DNA of 64,000 nucleotides from a candidate division FCPU426 bacterium (GCA_963847625.1 CAWKAR010000019.1:96001-160000), one strand, 5' to 3'; counted from the first letter of the stretch, positions 18,710 to 28,610 are shown. A program made the numbers and translations. Notes: generated from the letters alone by a model not told the origin.

Positions 18710-19729
18710 TTATGGGCTGAATTTTTCCACCCGATTGTTGCCCGTATCCGAAACATAAATGTAACCAGCGCCATCCACCGCGATGAAGGTGGGAGCGTTG
18801 AAAAAACCGGGCGCGAGCCCATAGGTCCCGAATTGGGAAAGGTAGCGCCCCGAACTATCGAATACTTCCACCCGGTCATTGCCCGAATCCACCACATAGA
18901 CCTTGGCGTTGTCCGGGCTGAGGGCGACGCCGATGGGCCCGTTGAGTTGGCCGTTCCCCGCGCCTGTCCCGGTATTCCCGCCCAAATAGCCCAAGGAGAC
19001 GCCGGTGGCGCTGAAAATTTCCACACAGTTGTATCCACCGGTCGAGACGTAAAGGGTCGTGCCGGCGGAGTTCACCGCGATGTCCGGGGAGTTATAGAGG
19101 TCGCTATAGCACGACCATTGGGCCAGGTAGGTGCCCCCGCCGTTAAAGGCTTTCACCAGGTAATTGCCGGGATCCACCACATAAATGGTCGTGCCCGCCG
19201 AGTTCACCGCGATTCCCTCGGGCCCCCAATAGAACTGTCCGTTCCCGGTCCCATAAGACCCCCACTGGCCTTCAAAGGCGCCTAAGCCGCTGAAGGCCTC
19301 CACGCGATAGTTGCCGTTGTCCGCCACATAAACCGTCGTGCCGGAGGAATTCAGGGCGATGCACTGGAAACCGTTACATCCAGAAAAATTCCCGGGCCCC
19401 GACCCATAGCCGCCCCACTGGGTAAGGTAGGCACCGGAACCGTTGAGGACTTCCACCCGGCCGTTACCCTCATCCACCACGTAAAGGGTCGTGCCAGCCG
19501 AATTCACAGCGATACCCTGGGGATTGATGAACTGCCCATTGCCTGAACCCCGCGTGCCCCATTCGGCCAGATAATTGGAAGGTATGGCGGGTGTGTTGAA
19601 GGGACCTCCCGGTGACGTGTTCTTGGCGCAGGAGGAGAGTTCCAATGCCGTCCATCCCCCGCATAATAAGAGGAGCCCGGTGAATACCCGCATCATTTCA
19701 TTTCCTTTCTTGAAGTGTTCCATATTCAA
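18710..19729 (-). CDS. NHL-repeat lipoprotein
   Basis: LSSC lipobox; repeats GNGQF..P.GIAVNSAGTT.YV.D.GN.RV. Confidence 0.88.
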   Translation of the reverse strand: MNMEHFKKGNEMMRVFTGLLLLCGGWTALELSSCAKNTSPGGPFNTPAIPSNYLAEWGTRGSGNGQFINPQGIAVNSAGTTLYVVDEGNGRVEVLNGSGAYLTQWGGYGSGPGNFSGCNGFQCIALNSSGTTVYVADNGNYRVEAFSGLGAFEGQWGSYGTGNGQFYWGPEGIAVNSAGTTIYVVDPGNYLVKAFNGGGTYLAQWSCYSDLYNSPDIAVNSAGTTLYVSTGGYNCVEIFSATGVSLGYLGGNTGTGAGNGQLNGPIGVALSPDNAKVYVVDSGNDRVEVFDSSGRYLSQFGTYGLAPGFFNAPTFIAVDGAGYIYVSDTGNNRVEKFSP

Positions 19730-21714
19730 TTAAACCCAAAACGGATGCCCGCCAAAAGGGGGATATCCTGCCCGATGACGCCGTCGGCGAAGATAAAATT
19801 ATATTTCCCCTCCACGAACAGGGAATCCAAGGGGTCAAAGGGCACTTCCAAACCCGCCCCCAGAGCCATGTCGAAGTTGCCCACTTGGACGGGGCCGAAA
19901 ACGCCGCCCCAGGAGACTTCCACATCCAGCCCCGCGCCCGCCGACAGGTATGGCCTGATCCCCTTTTGAAGGAGCAGGTACCGGACCGTCGGAAGGAACA
20001 AGAGCTCGTGGTCCCCGATGGACCCCACGTAATTGGTGCCGGAATAATCGAAATCCTCCACGTCCAACTGGAGGGCCCAGCCGTCGTTGAATCCATAGCC
20101 GACGCTGAATTTCCCGCCGCTTCCCAGGCCATAGGCCGTTTGCCAATTTTGGGTTGGAAGGTCGATTCCCCCCGCCAGTTCCACGAATATATGCCCCGGG
20201 GCCGAAACCTCAAGTTGAGGCCCAAGATTTGGGGTGGTTTGGTCCCGGGATCCGGAGAAGTTGAATTTCAAACCCGTCTCTAAAACCGCATAACCGTTCT
20301 GATAGGGGTTGGTGAAATTACGGAGGTTGGACGCGTTATAGTCCTTCAGTTCAATGAATAGGTCCAAGGTTGGGTTCAAATATAAAGCCATGCCGGCCCC
20401 AAATTGCGCGGCATTATTCTCTCCATAAAAATCGGGGCCATCGGGGAATTCCAGCCCAAGCCCGCCGAACAGGTAAGGCTGGAATGGGTCGGAGATGACA
20501 AGGGTGTATTGAAGGTTCGCCAGGACCGCCCAATCCCCCGGGAATCTTTCCAAATTGGTGTAAAAGGAAAAATGATTCAGAAAGTCGTATCCGGCCGCGA
20601 TGGAAGTGGTATTGACCTGCATATCGTTGACCGTCGAATAATAGTCGCCCGAAGCTAAAGTGAATCCCAAACCCATTTTAATGAAAAAATTACCGTTGGA
20701 CGGGGGCGTTCCGCTCTTGTTATCCCCGCCGTGATCGCCCCCAAGGTCGAGGATCACCCCGGCGTTGATGGGATAATCGATGGCGATCACCTGTTTGTTC
20801 GGGTAAAAGTAGTTGGGATTACCCATGTAAAATTGGTTCTGGGCGAAGGATTCAAGAATAAAGTTGCCTTTCGCCTCGACGAATGTGCTCCAGCCCCCGC
20901 CCAGCTTTAACTGCGCACCCAGGCTTCCCTGTAACAGGTGATCGGTATTGTAGAAACTATTATCAGCAAAGACACCGACACCGGCTCCCAAATAAGGCCT
21001 GAAGGGTCCGTCTCCGAACGCATAGCGGGCCGAGAAGGTCGTTTCTAAACACTTGACCTCGTAGTTGCGTCTATAGAAAGAATCATATTGTGATAAGAAA
21101 TACATGGCTTCCGTCAACCAAAGGGACCAGTGGTCATCCCAGGCGTAACCGAAACCTAGTTCCCCTCCCAAACCCACCGTGCCGGGGTTTTTAAAGTTTT
21201 GACCGAAGAATTCCAAGCCTGGGCCCAGTTGGAACTGAAAATTTTTAAAAGGATCGTTCGGGGCCTTCGGCGTGGGAGTCGGGACCGCCAAGTCCTCAAG
21301 GGTTCCATTCGGTTTCCGATCCGGGTCCAGGTCCGGCGGTGGCGGCATTTGGGCTTCAGCCTTTCCCTCAAAATAAGCGCCATCATCGTTTCTCGGCTTC
21401 CTCGGCTCCGGTGTTTTCAGCCAATCCACGAAGCTTTTCAACCGGGGATTGTCCCCGTTTAGTTTCAGGCTCTCTTGGCATTGCGCCAGGGCATCCTGGT
21501 TATCATTCATCTGGTATGCGCAATAACCCAGCAATTGGTGGGCTTTCCAATTGCCGGGGCTCAACTGGATGGCCCGTTTCAGGTTTGTGACGGCGGCCGA
21601 ATAGTCATTGCCGTAGTATTGGCTCAAAGCCAAATTGAAATAGTCCCCGGCATCGGCCGCGAAAACATTTAAGGCCGATAGGTAGAAAAGCACCGCCCAA
21701 ACGAACCTTCTCAT
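19726..21714 (-). CDS. TPR protein with three tandem outer-membrane beta-barrel-like domains
   Basis: Signal peptide, TPR, three units with PYL.G.G motifs ending AGVILDL, TGLKFNF and AGIRFGFN. Confidence 0.75.
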   Translation of the reverse strand: MRRFVWAVLFYLSALNVFAADAGDYFNLALSQYYGNDYSAAVTNLKRAIQLSPGNWKAHQLLGYCAYQMNDNQDALAQCQESLKLNGDNPRLKSFVDWLKTPEPRKPRNDDGAYFEGKAEAQMPPPPDLDPDRKPNGTLEDLAVPTPTPKAPNDPFKNFQFQLGPGLEFFGQNFKNPGTVGLGGELGFGYAWDDHWSLWLTEAMYFLSQYDSFYRRNYEVKCLETTFSARYAFGDGPFRPYLGAGVGVFADNSFYNTDHLLQGSLGAQLKLGGGWSTFVEAKGNFILESFAQNQFYMGNPNYFYPNKQVIAIDYPINAGVILDLGGDHGGDNKSGTPPSNGNFFIKMGLGFTLASGDYYSTVNDMQVNTTSIAAGYDFLNHFSFYTNLERFPGDWAVLANLQYTLVISDPFQPYLFGGLGLEFPDGPDFYGENNAAQFGAGMALYLNPTLDLFIELKDYNASNLRNFTNPYQNGYAVLETGLKFNFSGSRDQTTPNLGPQLEVSAPGHIFVELAGGIDLPTQNWQTAYGLGSGGKFSVGYGFNDGWALQLDVEDFDYSGTNYVGSIGDHELLFLPTVRYLLLQKGIRPYLSAGAGLDVEVSWGGVFGPVQVGNFDMALGAGLEVPFDPLDSLFVEGKYNFIFADGVIGQDIPLLAGIRFGFN

Positions 21715-21762
21715 AATATTCTTCCCCTCAATAACGAACTACGTTTTATGAGCTATTAATCT

Positions 21763-21792
21763 TTGTCCACTTTGGCTCCCCGTCGCGGACAG
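21763..21792. repeat. 30-bp cassette-boundary site E
   Basis: TTGTCCACTTT-GGCTCCCC-GTCGCGGACAG, abutting the stop at 21793. Confidence 0.88.
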
Positions 21793-22782
21793 CTATTTTT
21801 TATGTTTCATCCAACGTTTCACCGAATTCACATTTTCATTATGGGCTAGGTCGCCGTTCAATTCTTTTATTCGATCTCTGCACAATTGCGTCACGACCGA
21901 ATTTTCGATAACGACGTTATCTTTGACGCCCTTGGTTTTTACCATCTCCAGAAGTCGTACCCAGGCATCGCGGTAAAGCTCCCAACCCTTCTGGTCTTCT
22001 TCTAAACCGGGATCATACTTTGGATAATTTGAAAACCCCTTATTTTGGGTTTCGAACAATTCTTTTTCTTCTATAATCTTTTTAAACGCGGTCTGGAGAG
22101 ATTTATTCAAATTTCTTCTCGCTTCTTGGCATTCCTTTAAGGTCGACACATTCAATTGACCCTTCAGCAACCAATCTTTGATCTTGTCTTGATGAAGGGC
22201 TTTCCCATAAGTATGTCTCGGGTGTTCATCGCTTATACCCAAGATATCTTCTTCCATAAGGTCCAATACAGCCCTTTTTCCATCGTTTATCTCCAGAGTT
22301 TCGGCTTCATCTTCTATGATTTTCAATTCTTTCTTCTCCATGTCATTCAAGCGGCCCTTGAAAGTTTCGACCTTTCGGTTTAATTCCTGGTCATTGAGAT
22401 CCGTTTGGATGTCGTTGCAATCATATGATTCATCACTATCCATGGGGATGTCGTTACAGGTCAATCGAGGATAGATTTTTTGGGGGGTTTTCAACCTCTC
22501 CTGAATGATCTTCTCTAGATTTTGGTATCCAACTCCCCAATAGTTGAGCTTATTGTCTGCCTCTTCGAATAGTTCCTGGGCTTTTTGGGGATTTCTTTCC
22601 ACGCCATCCCCGTTGAGATACATCAAGATGAGGAAGGGGTAACCTTTCCCAATATCATCTTTTTGGAAACAATCCATGGCTTTGGAATAATCAACAGGCA
22701 CACCGATCCCGTAATAATATTTCAAACATTCCTTATCCAGGGCTTGGAGTTTGGTCGTGACAAGAAAAAAGACCATTATCAA
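21793..22782 (-). CDS. Sel1-repeat secreted protein with DUF1311/LprI-like C-terminus
   Basis: YYYGIGVPVDYSKA, MYLNGDGVERN, QKGWELYRDAW. Confidence 0.75.
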   Translation of the reverse strand: MIMVFFLVTTKLQALDKECLKYYYGIGVPVDYSKAMDCFQKDDIGKGYPFLILMYLNGDGVERNPQKAQELFEEADNKLNYWGVGYQNLEKIIQERLKTPQKIYPRLTCNDIPMDSDESYDCNDIQTDLNDQELNRKVETFKGRLNDMEKKELKIIEDEAETLEINDGKRAVLDLMEEDILGISDEHPRHTYGKALHQDKIKDWLLKGQLNVSTLKECQEARRNLNKSLQTAFKKIIEEKELFETQNKGFSNYPKYDPGLEEDQKGWELYRDAWVRLLEMVKTKGVKDNVVIENSVVTQLCRDRIKELNGDLAHNENVNSVKRWMKHKK

Positions 22783-22816
22783 AAAAAGTGTTATTTTGGA
22801 TTTCGTAAATAGCTCC

Positions 22817-22846
22817 TTGACTACGAAGGCTCCCCGTCGTGGACAA
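22817..22846. repeat. 30-bp cassette-boundary site F
   Basis: TTGACTACGAA-GGCTCCCC-GTCGTGGACAA. Confidence 0.85.
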
Positions 22847-22857
22847 ATATCCTAAGT

Positions 22858-23235
22858 TTAAAAAGTAAAGCGTTCCTTCAACCAGGGTGGGCTCTTTTCC
22901 GTCAGGCACTGGATCACAATGACATGTCCTTCAGGGTCTTCAAAAGATACAGCCTGTAAACCCAAATGGGAGTCCGTGGGGCCGGTGAACCGGATTCCTT
23001 TTTGCTTTAGACTTGCTACCAGAGCCGGGAGGTCATCCGTGATGAAGGAAACCTGGGACTTGCCGGGTTGATGAACCGATGTATCGAAATCCACTCCAGG
23101 CCAACCCGAGTCAAAGACATTTAACCCGGCTGGTTCAGTTAGATTGAGTTTGAAGCCCAATACTTCCTCATAGAATTTCCTGCTCCCGCTTGGATCTTTT
23201 GTATAAAGCTCAACCTCATGAAGTTTGAAACGCAT
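22858..23235 (-). CDS. VOC/glyoxalase family protein
   Basis: LHEVELYTKD..SRKFYEEVLGF, FEDPEGHVI. Confidence 0.88.
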   Translation of the reverse strand: MRFKLHEVELYTKDPSGSRKFYEEVLGFKLNLTEPAGLNVFDSGWPGVDFDTSVHQPGKSQVSFITDDLPALVASLKQKGIRFTGPTDSHLGLQAVSFEDPEGHVIVIQCLTEKSPPWLKERFTF

Positions 23236-23290
23236 ATTCCCTCCTCACAAATACTTTCCCATTCATGAAAGCTTCTTCCCGACTTTTTCC

Positions 23291-23320
23291 TTGTCCACGA
23301 TGACTCTCCGCCGCGGACAA
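23291..23320. repeat. 30-bp cassette-boundary site G
   Basis: TTGTCCACGAT-GACTCTCC-GCCGCGGACAA. Confidence 0.85.
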
Positions 23321-23335
23321 CTTTAAAACCTTATA

Positions 23336-23449
23336 TCAAACCCGCTCCCGGCGACGCCGGTCGCCGGCTTTTTCTTTGCCAGCCATCATGCGGGCTCCCC
23401 CGCACCGGGGGCACACGAACTTTCTTTGTTTATGGGCCGAATGGGCCAT
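23336..23449 (-). CDS. Small CxxC protein, 37 aa, copy 2 (not in the ORF track)
   Basis: MAHSAHKQRKFVCPRCGGARMMAGKEKAGDRRRRERV; GAGGG RBS. Confidence 0.65.
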   Translation of the reverse strand: MAHSAHKQRKFVCPRCGGARMMAGKEKAGDRRRRERV

Positions 23450-23477
23450 TTCCCTCATCTTGATCTTGCATCGCCTG

Positions 23478-23507
23478 CAGAACATACCCTCACCCCGTCG
23501 CGGATAA
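23478..23507. repeat. 30-bp cassette-boundary site H (variant)
   Basis: CAGAACATACC-CTCACCCC-GTCGCGGATAA, 1 bp from the stop at 23509. Confidence 0.6.
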
Positions 23508-23508
23508 C

Positions 23509-23937
23509 CTATATTTTCTTTTTCAAATAATATCTCACATGCCGTTTTTGAAAAGGTGCCAGTTGCCCGAAAAGACGATATCCCTGTTTTTTATAAAATC
23601 CCGGGGCTTGGAAACTAAAAGTGCTTAAATAAACCTGCTTACAGCCCTTTTTTTTTGCTATAGCTTCCGCTTTGCGAAGAAGCCGTTTTCCTAATCCTTG
23701 GCCACGATATTTTCGATCGACACATAGGATATCCACACAAAGCCATCCCAAATAGGTATATCCGGTCACCCCCCCTACGAGCATTCCCTTTCCGTTTTTG
23801 GCCTCAAGGCCAACTGCCTTCCAATTTGAAATCCCGCTTTTTTTACTATTGAAAGGGCTGATTTTGCTGATGAGCTTATTTCGTAATTCCGTATATTTCC
23901 GGGGGCCAACTTGAATGATGGCGGAGGATGGCTTCAA
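23509..23937 (-). CDS. GNAT family acetyltransferase
   Basis: VDRKYRGQGLGKRLL, TFSFQAPGFYKKQGY. Confidence 0.92.
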   Translation of the reverse strand: MKPSSAIIQVGPRKYTELRNKLISKISPFNSKKSGISNWKAVGLEAKNGKGMLVGGVTGYTYLGWLCVDILCVDRKYRGQGLGKRLLRKAEAIAKKKGCKQVYLSTFSFQAPGFYKKQGYRLFGQLAPFQKRHVRYYLKKKI

Positions 23938-24025
23938 AAGATTTCTCTTTAATTTGGAATTTATCGTTTTGAATGGGTATCAAGAACCTGGATTTTGCCG
24001 CGGGCACCCCAAAGGGCTATTGCCC

Positions 24026-26098
24026 TTATTTAACGCCTGAACTTTTCTTGGCTTTTTCAAAATCGTCCTTGGACCAGACTTCCGCCACCCAATGGTTTCC
24101 GATTTTCCTGAAGGCTTTTTTGGCGTCCTTGCCCTTTTTGTTCTGGTAATCCAGCCAGGCCAGGCGGTTCCAAATATCCCAATTGTGGGGGTCCAGTTTT
24201 AAAAGCGTCTGGTAGGCTTTCACCCGTTCCTTGAACACCTTCGGTTTTTTCACGAATTCCTTCTTTTCGGAATCCTTGGAAAGCCCGTTTTGGGCCGTGT
24301 CGGAGGAGGCCAAAACCACGTAAGGATAAAGGGCCCTTAATTCCTTGTCTTTCCCGGAAATCTTCTTGGCCAAATCCAGGACAGGTTTTGTTTTTCCCGC
24401 CAGCGCCGCCCAGGCCAGATAGTTTTTCCACTCGCCGAGATCTCCCGGCGATGCGGTCAGGTAATTCCCGTAGCTCTTGGCGAAATCTTTCCAATAGGGC
24501 GAATTTTTCACTTTCTCCCGCGTCTCTTTCCGCCATTGAGCCAGTCCCGCCTCCGACTGTTCCAAGCAAAGCACGTGGAAATCAGCGGCGCATGGAATGA
24601 AAAACAAGGCGGGAAACCTTTTGTTGAACTTTCGGGCGAACTCGAACATTTCCTTCAAGGAGCCGTTCCATTTCGGATTGAGGTAATCCATGTAAACGGT
24701 GTAAGCCTCATAATCGTTGGGATCCAGCCGCAGGACTTTTCCGAAGTCATCTTTCATGGTTTCCTTGGCCAGTTCCGCCGCGTTGCCGTAGGCCACCAGT
24801 TGGCCCCAGGCCCTTCCGTAATGCGGGGTCAGGTCGACAGCCTTCTGGGCGTATTTCAAACTCTCCTCGACACGCTTTTTAAAAAGTTTCAACGCCTTCG
24901 GCGGGACGTCCCTGGTCCAATCAGTGCCCCGAGCCTCCCAGGCCAAGGAAAGCGTCAGTTGGGCCAGTTGAATCCAGGCGTTGGGGTTTTCCGGATGCGA
25001 TTGGGTCCAGTTTTTCAACAGCGTGACGGCTTCATCGTTATAGCCTTTGCCCTCCAAGGAGTAGGCGGCATAACGGTACCAATCGGGATTGTCGTTGTCC
25101 CTTTGCAACTCCTCCAGGGACAGTTTCAGGGCTTCGTCGTACTTTTTCAGCGCGTAAAGCTCGTAAACGTAGTCGAACTTGTAAAAGGAGTTATCCGGGT
25201 ATTTCCGGACGAGCGGTTCGATCATGTCCAGATGGTTGGTCCGCTCCCGGAAGTCCGAAATTCCAAGCCAACGGTCGACCAAATAGTGGCACTTGGAGTT
25301 CTTGGCGAGGATATTGTCCCACTGGTTCACTAATGAATATCCGCCCTGCCGGATCAGGCTTTCCAGGAAGGCTGTGCGTTCCAAATCCTTGTCGTTTAAG
25401 AACACGGGGCGCTTCAAGAAAGCCGCCTGTCGCGCGTTGGGTTTGAACCCAACCCAGTCATGGAGGCGGGAAGCCATCCAGCCCGGCGCCGAATGAAGCT
25501 GATTGGCCGTGAATTTTTTCTTGTATTTTTTCAGTGGATGGGAGCCGGTAAAACTCAAAGTGATGGTGTAACCCGTTTTCGCCCGGACCAAGGTTCCACT
25601 CGCGTTATCCGGGGTCGCGAACATGTAAGCCAGTTGTTTGGAAAATTGCTCGTGATATTGCCCGAGCGCCGAGTCGAACAGCCTGAAGTTCTGGAAAAGG
25701 GTGCCGGCGTTGGGCAGGTCAAAAATAGATTCAGGAAGGTAGGTCGCCTGCTCCATGGCCAAGTAACTCAGAAAACTTCCCAGGGCGTTAATCCGGCCCA
25801 TTTTGTCCTTGAGGGGGAAAATCAAGGGGCAATGCGGGAGGGTTTGCCCTTTAACCCGGATGTCTTCGATCATATTGATTATTTCTTGGCTGGGGCGCTG
25901 ACCCTCGGGCGCGGCTTCTTCTTGCTTCTTTTTTACCAGTTCCCTCTCACGAATGGCCTGATCCTTTTCCCTGGCGGATTTCAAAATTCTGGCCGCTTTT
26001 TTCTCGATTAGAACTTGCTTTTGATGGATGTAACCAAGCTCGGCGGCTATAACGATGGCGCCAATTCCCACGGCGATAAAAATGAGTTTCCAATCCAT
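24026..26098 (-). CDS. Membrane-anchored TPR protein (DUF4034-like)
   Basis: N-terminal TM, TPRs, LAWEARG and LNPKWNGS motifs. Confidence 0.75.
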   Translation of the reverse strand: MDWKLIFIAVGIGAIVIAAELGYIHQKQVLIEKKAARILKSAREKDQAIRERELVKKKQEEAAPEGQRPSQEIINMIEDIRVKGQTLPHCPLIFPLKDKMGRINALGSFLSYLAMEQATYLPESIFDLPNAGTLFQNFRLFDSALGQYHEQFSKQLAYMFATPDNASGTLVRAKTGYTITLSFTGSHPLKKYKKKFTANQLHSAPGWMASRLHDWVGFKPNARQAAFLKRPVFLNDKDLERTAFLESLIRQGGYSLVNQWDNILAKNSKCHYLVDRWLGISDFRERTNHLDMIEPLVRKYPDNSFYKFDYVYELYALKKYDEALKLSLEELQRDNDNPDWYRYAAYSLEGKGYNDEAVTLLKNWTQSHPENPNAWIQLAQLTLSLAWEARGTDWTRDVPPKALKLFKKRVEESLKYAQKAVDLTPHYGRAWGQLVAYGNAAELAKETMKDDFGKVLRLDPNDYEAYTVYMDYLNPKWNGSLKEMFEFARKFNKRFPALFFIPCAADFHVLCLEQSEAGLAQWRKETREKVKNSPYWKDFAKSYGNYLTASPGDLGEWKNYLAWAALAGKTKPVLDLAKKISGKDKELRALYPYVVLASSDTAQNGLSKDSEKKEFVKKPKVFKERVKAYQTLLKLDPHNWDIWNRLAWLDYQNKKGKDAKKAFRKIGNHWVAEVWSKDDFEKAKKSSGVK

Positions 26099-26448
26099 TG
26101 TTAAAGAGTCCTTTTTTTTGGACGCATAGGCACCCCCGGTTCAAAAGCCTTGTTAATGAAATTCTCTCAAATGCGGGTTGAAAGGTGGGAAAAAAGTATT
26201 GGGGTTTTTATCTGAAAAACAGGCTCTTTTAGCGCATCAGGATTTAGGTTTACTCTATCCATCAGGAATTGGGAAATTCTAAAACGGTTTGGAAAAACAG
26301 GATGGCGGTATAATAAAAATTGAAGTCAGTATTATACCCACTAGAACGGCAAAGCCGTTCCCTCTTTGAATGCTTAATGGAAGGACGGCTCTTCTTTTTC
26401 AGATGGATAAGGCTAATCGTGAATCCCCATATAAGTAAAAGGTATTTC

Positions 26449-28002
26449 ATGACTCGAAACACTCTTTTCCGAACCGCGCTTCTCCCCTTTTTCCTGATGC
26501 CTGTTTTCGCTTACCCCCAAGCTTCCACTCCAACGCCCAATTGCTGCGAGGGTTTGTCATCTATTACAGGCGGATTTATCGAACCCACCGGATTGGCCAT
26601 TGACTATGGCAGAAACCTTATTTACATTTCCGATCCGAACACTCATAGTTTTTTCGTTTTCACAACGGGTGGGAGTCCCGTCACCAATTTGGTGTCATGG
26701 CCCGGAGGTGGTTTTAATACTCCGATGGACGTTGCGTTGGACAACCAAGGCAATGTCTTCGTGCCGGATTACAACGGTCAAACTGTTTATGAATTTAACG
26801 CCACTACTTTTTCCAATATGGCTGCAATCGGCGTCAGTGCGGTTGGCTTGCCGAGGGGCGTTTGGTTGGACACCCAGGGAGTCACGACGTCCCTCTATAT
26901 CACCTCCCAAAATGACAATGTTTACCGGTATGACAGCATCTCCGGCGGGCCTTTTAACGCGGCGGCCACTTTCGGGGGCAGTTCGGTATTGAACGTGCCC
27001 ACTGAAATCATGTTGCAGGGAAACACAATCTACGTAGTGGATGATGGAAAGCACCTGGTGGAGTTTTCCGTTCCCGGTTATATCCCCACCACTCTGTATA
27101 CCGGATCCAGCGACCTAAAGGGCATCCGGACGGATCTGGCGGGGAATTTCTACGCGACAGAGGGCAACGGCTGTAAATTGGATATGTTCCTGTCAGGGTT
27201 GGCAAACGCGCCGATCCAATGCTCGATACCTACCAACCCCTGGGGGGTGGTATTGGACTCCGCTGGAAAAATATACGTTTGCGAGCAAAACGGGGATTCG
27301 GTGACGGTACTGCAAGGATGCGTAGTGGAAACCACATTGACCCCCGTCTTAACACCGACTTCCACCAATACTTTGGCACCGACTTTGACTCCAACTGTCA
27401 CCCAAACCACGACACCCACCCCAATGCCGGCCGAAACCTATACTCCCACGATGTCTTTCACACCAACGGACACCAAGACTCCCACGCCCACCCGCACGCC
27501 GACCTATTCCCCCACGATCACCGATACATTTACCGGCACCAACACCCCCACCCCGACCCCGACTGAAACCTATACACCCACAATCACAAATACCTTCACG
27601 GTCACTAACACTCCCACGATAATCCCCACGCCCACTTCCACTGCCACCCCTACCGCCACGGGCACCCCTTGCGGTTATCCGGGCAACACCTGCACCCCCA
27701 CCCCAACCCCTCTCTGCACCGACATCTTTTACTTGTCCAAAAACGTCTTCAACCCCTCGGGTCCTGTTTCCATTTTCGCGGGCAATTCCATCTACCCCGG
27801 CCCCTTTTCCCTGAATATTTACAACTCGGCGGGCGAACACATCAAAACGCTTGATTCCCAATATCTTGAAGCTCCGTTCAGCCAGTCGTACCAATGGGAT
27901 GGGACCAATAAGTATGGGAACCCCTGTGCCAGTGGGGTTTACCTCATTTACTTGTCGGACCCACATAGCTCCAAGTTGAAGAGGATCATCCTCGTCAAGT
28001 AA
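26449..28002 (+). CDS. Secreted NHL-propeller protein with Pro/Thr linker and FlgD-Ig-like C-terminal domain
   Basis: Signal peptide, P.G.A.D repeats, TPT repeats, [22 protein letters not shown]. Confidence 0.85.
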   Translation: MTRNTLFRTALLPFFLMPVFAYPQASTPTPNCCEGLSSITGGFIEPTGLAIDYGRNLIYISDPNTHSFFVFTTGGSPVTNLVSWPGGGFNTPMDVALDNQGNVFVPDYNGQTVYEFNATTFSNMAAIGVSAVGLPRGVWLDTQGVTTSLYITSQNDNVYRYDSISGGPFNAAATFGGSSVLNVPTEIMLQGNTIYVVDDGKHLVEFSVPGYIPTTLYTGSSDLKGIRTDLAGNFYATEGNGCKLDMFLSGLANAPIQCSIPTNPWGVVLDSAGKIYVCEQNGDSVTVLQGCVVETTLTPVLTPTSTNTLAPTLTPTVTQTTTPTPMPAETYTPTMSFTPTDTKTPTPTRTPTYSPTITDTFTGTNTPTPTPTETYTPTITNTFTVTNTPTIIPTPTSTATPTATGTPCGYPGNTCTPTPTPLCTDIFYLSKNVFNPSGPVSIFAGNSIYPGPFSLNIYNSAGEHIKTLDSQYLEAPFSQSYQWDGTNKYGNPCASGVYLIYLSDPHSSKLKRIILVK

Positions 28003-28127
28003 ATAAATTCAAACCTGAAAAAATCTGAAACTTCCAAGATTTATGAATTTTTAATGAACCCGGCCGGTTTTGGCGGATAACCCTTTGGGGCATATCCCGC
28101 CAAACTATCCCCCTGAGTCGGGACGTT

Positions 28128-28610
28128 CTATTTCACGATGGTGAATTCTCGCGAATACGCTTTCTGCGGTTTTTCGGCTCCTGAAAAAAAGGAATAATTT
28201 TTATAATAGGTAGCGATAAATTTAAATCGCCCTATGGGCATGGGTCCCATCTTTATTTTTTTCTTGGGAATATTTTTAGTCTTATTCGGATCCGGCGGCC
28301 AGGTGATAGTTCTAACTTCAGCGGGTTTTAATTTGTGAACCATGACTGTTTTAATGAGATCTGGCCCTTCAATATCAAAAGGCCCAATGGAATCCCATTT
28401 GCCATCCGAATACTTCATGGCTTCCACCCAATAGCCCATTACCGCGGGTGAAGTATTTGTAATTTGAAAAGTTATTCTTTTTTCTGCCGATTGATAGGTA
28501 TTTTTTATTCCCGAGAATTGAATGGGCGGCGGTTCCTTTTTGGCGAACCCGCAGAAAACCATAAAGAGAATAATGAGCGGAATATATTTTCTGACGGTGA
28601 ATTGGCGCAT
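28128..28610 (-). CDS. Hypothetical exported protein
   Basis: Signal-like N-terminus, Ig-like beta pattern. Confidence 0.6.
   Translation of the reverse strand: MRQFTVRKYIPLIILFMVFCGFAKKEPPPIQFSGIKNTYQSAEKRITFQITNTSPAVMGYWVEAMKYSDGKWDSIGPFDIEGPDLIKTVMVHKLKPAEVRTITWPPDPNKTKNIPKKKIKMGPMPIGRFKFIATYYKNYSFFSGAEKPQKAYSREFTIVK

Noticed and set aside
14969..23320. Canonical integron attC sites or XerCD dif/pdif sites
   Set aside because: The sites are too short for attC and lack paired RYYYAAC/GTTRRRY boxes. The core is 8 bp and the arms do not resemble the XerD arm TTATGTTAAAT. There is no intI.
14969..23320. DnaA boxes or oriC (TTGTCCAC resembles TTATCCACA)
   Set aside because: The ninth base is not conserved, the boxes occur as isolated inverted pairs around a conserved core, and there is no dnaA/dnaN context.
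14312..23507. CRISPR array interpretation of the 30-bp palindromic repeats
   Set aside because: The intervals are about 0.1-3.1 kb and contain whole genes, the repeats are degenerate, and there are no cas genes in the window.
27330..27720. DNA tandem repeat or VNTR in the Pro/Thr-rich stretch
   Set aside because: This is a low-complexity protein linker with degenerate codons, explained by the CDS.
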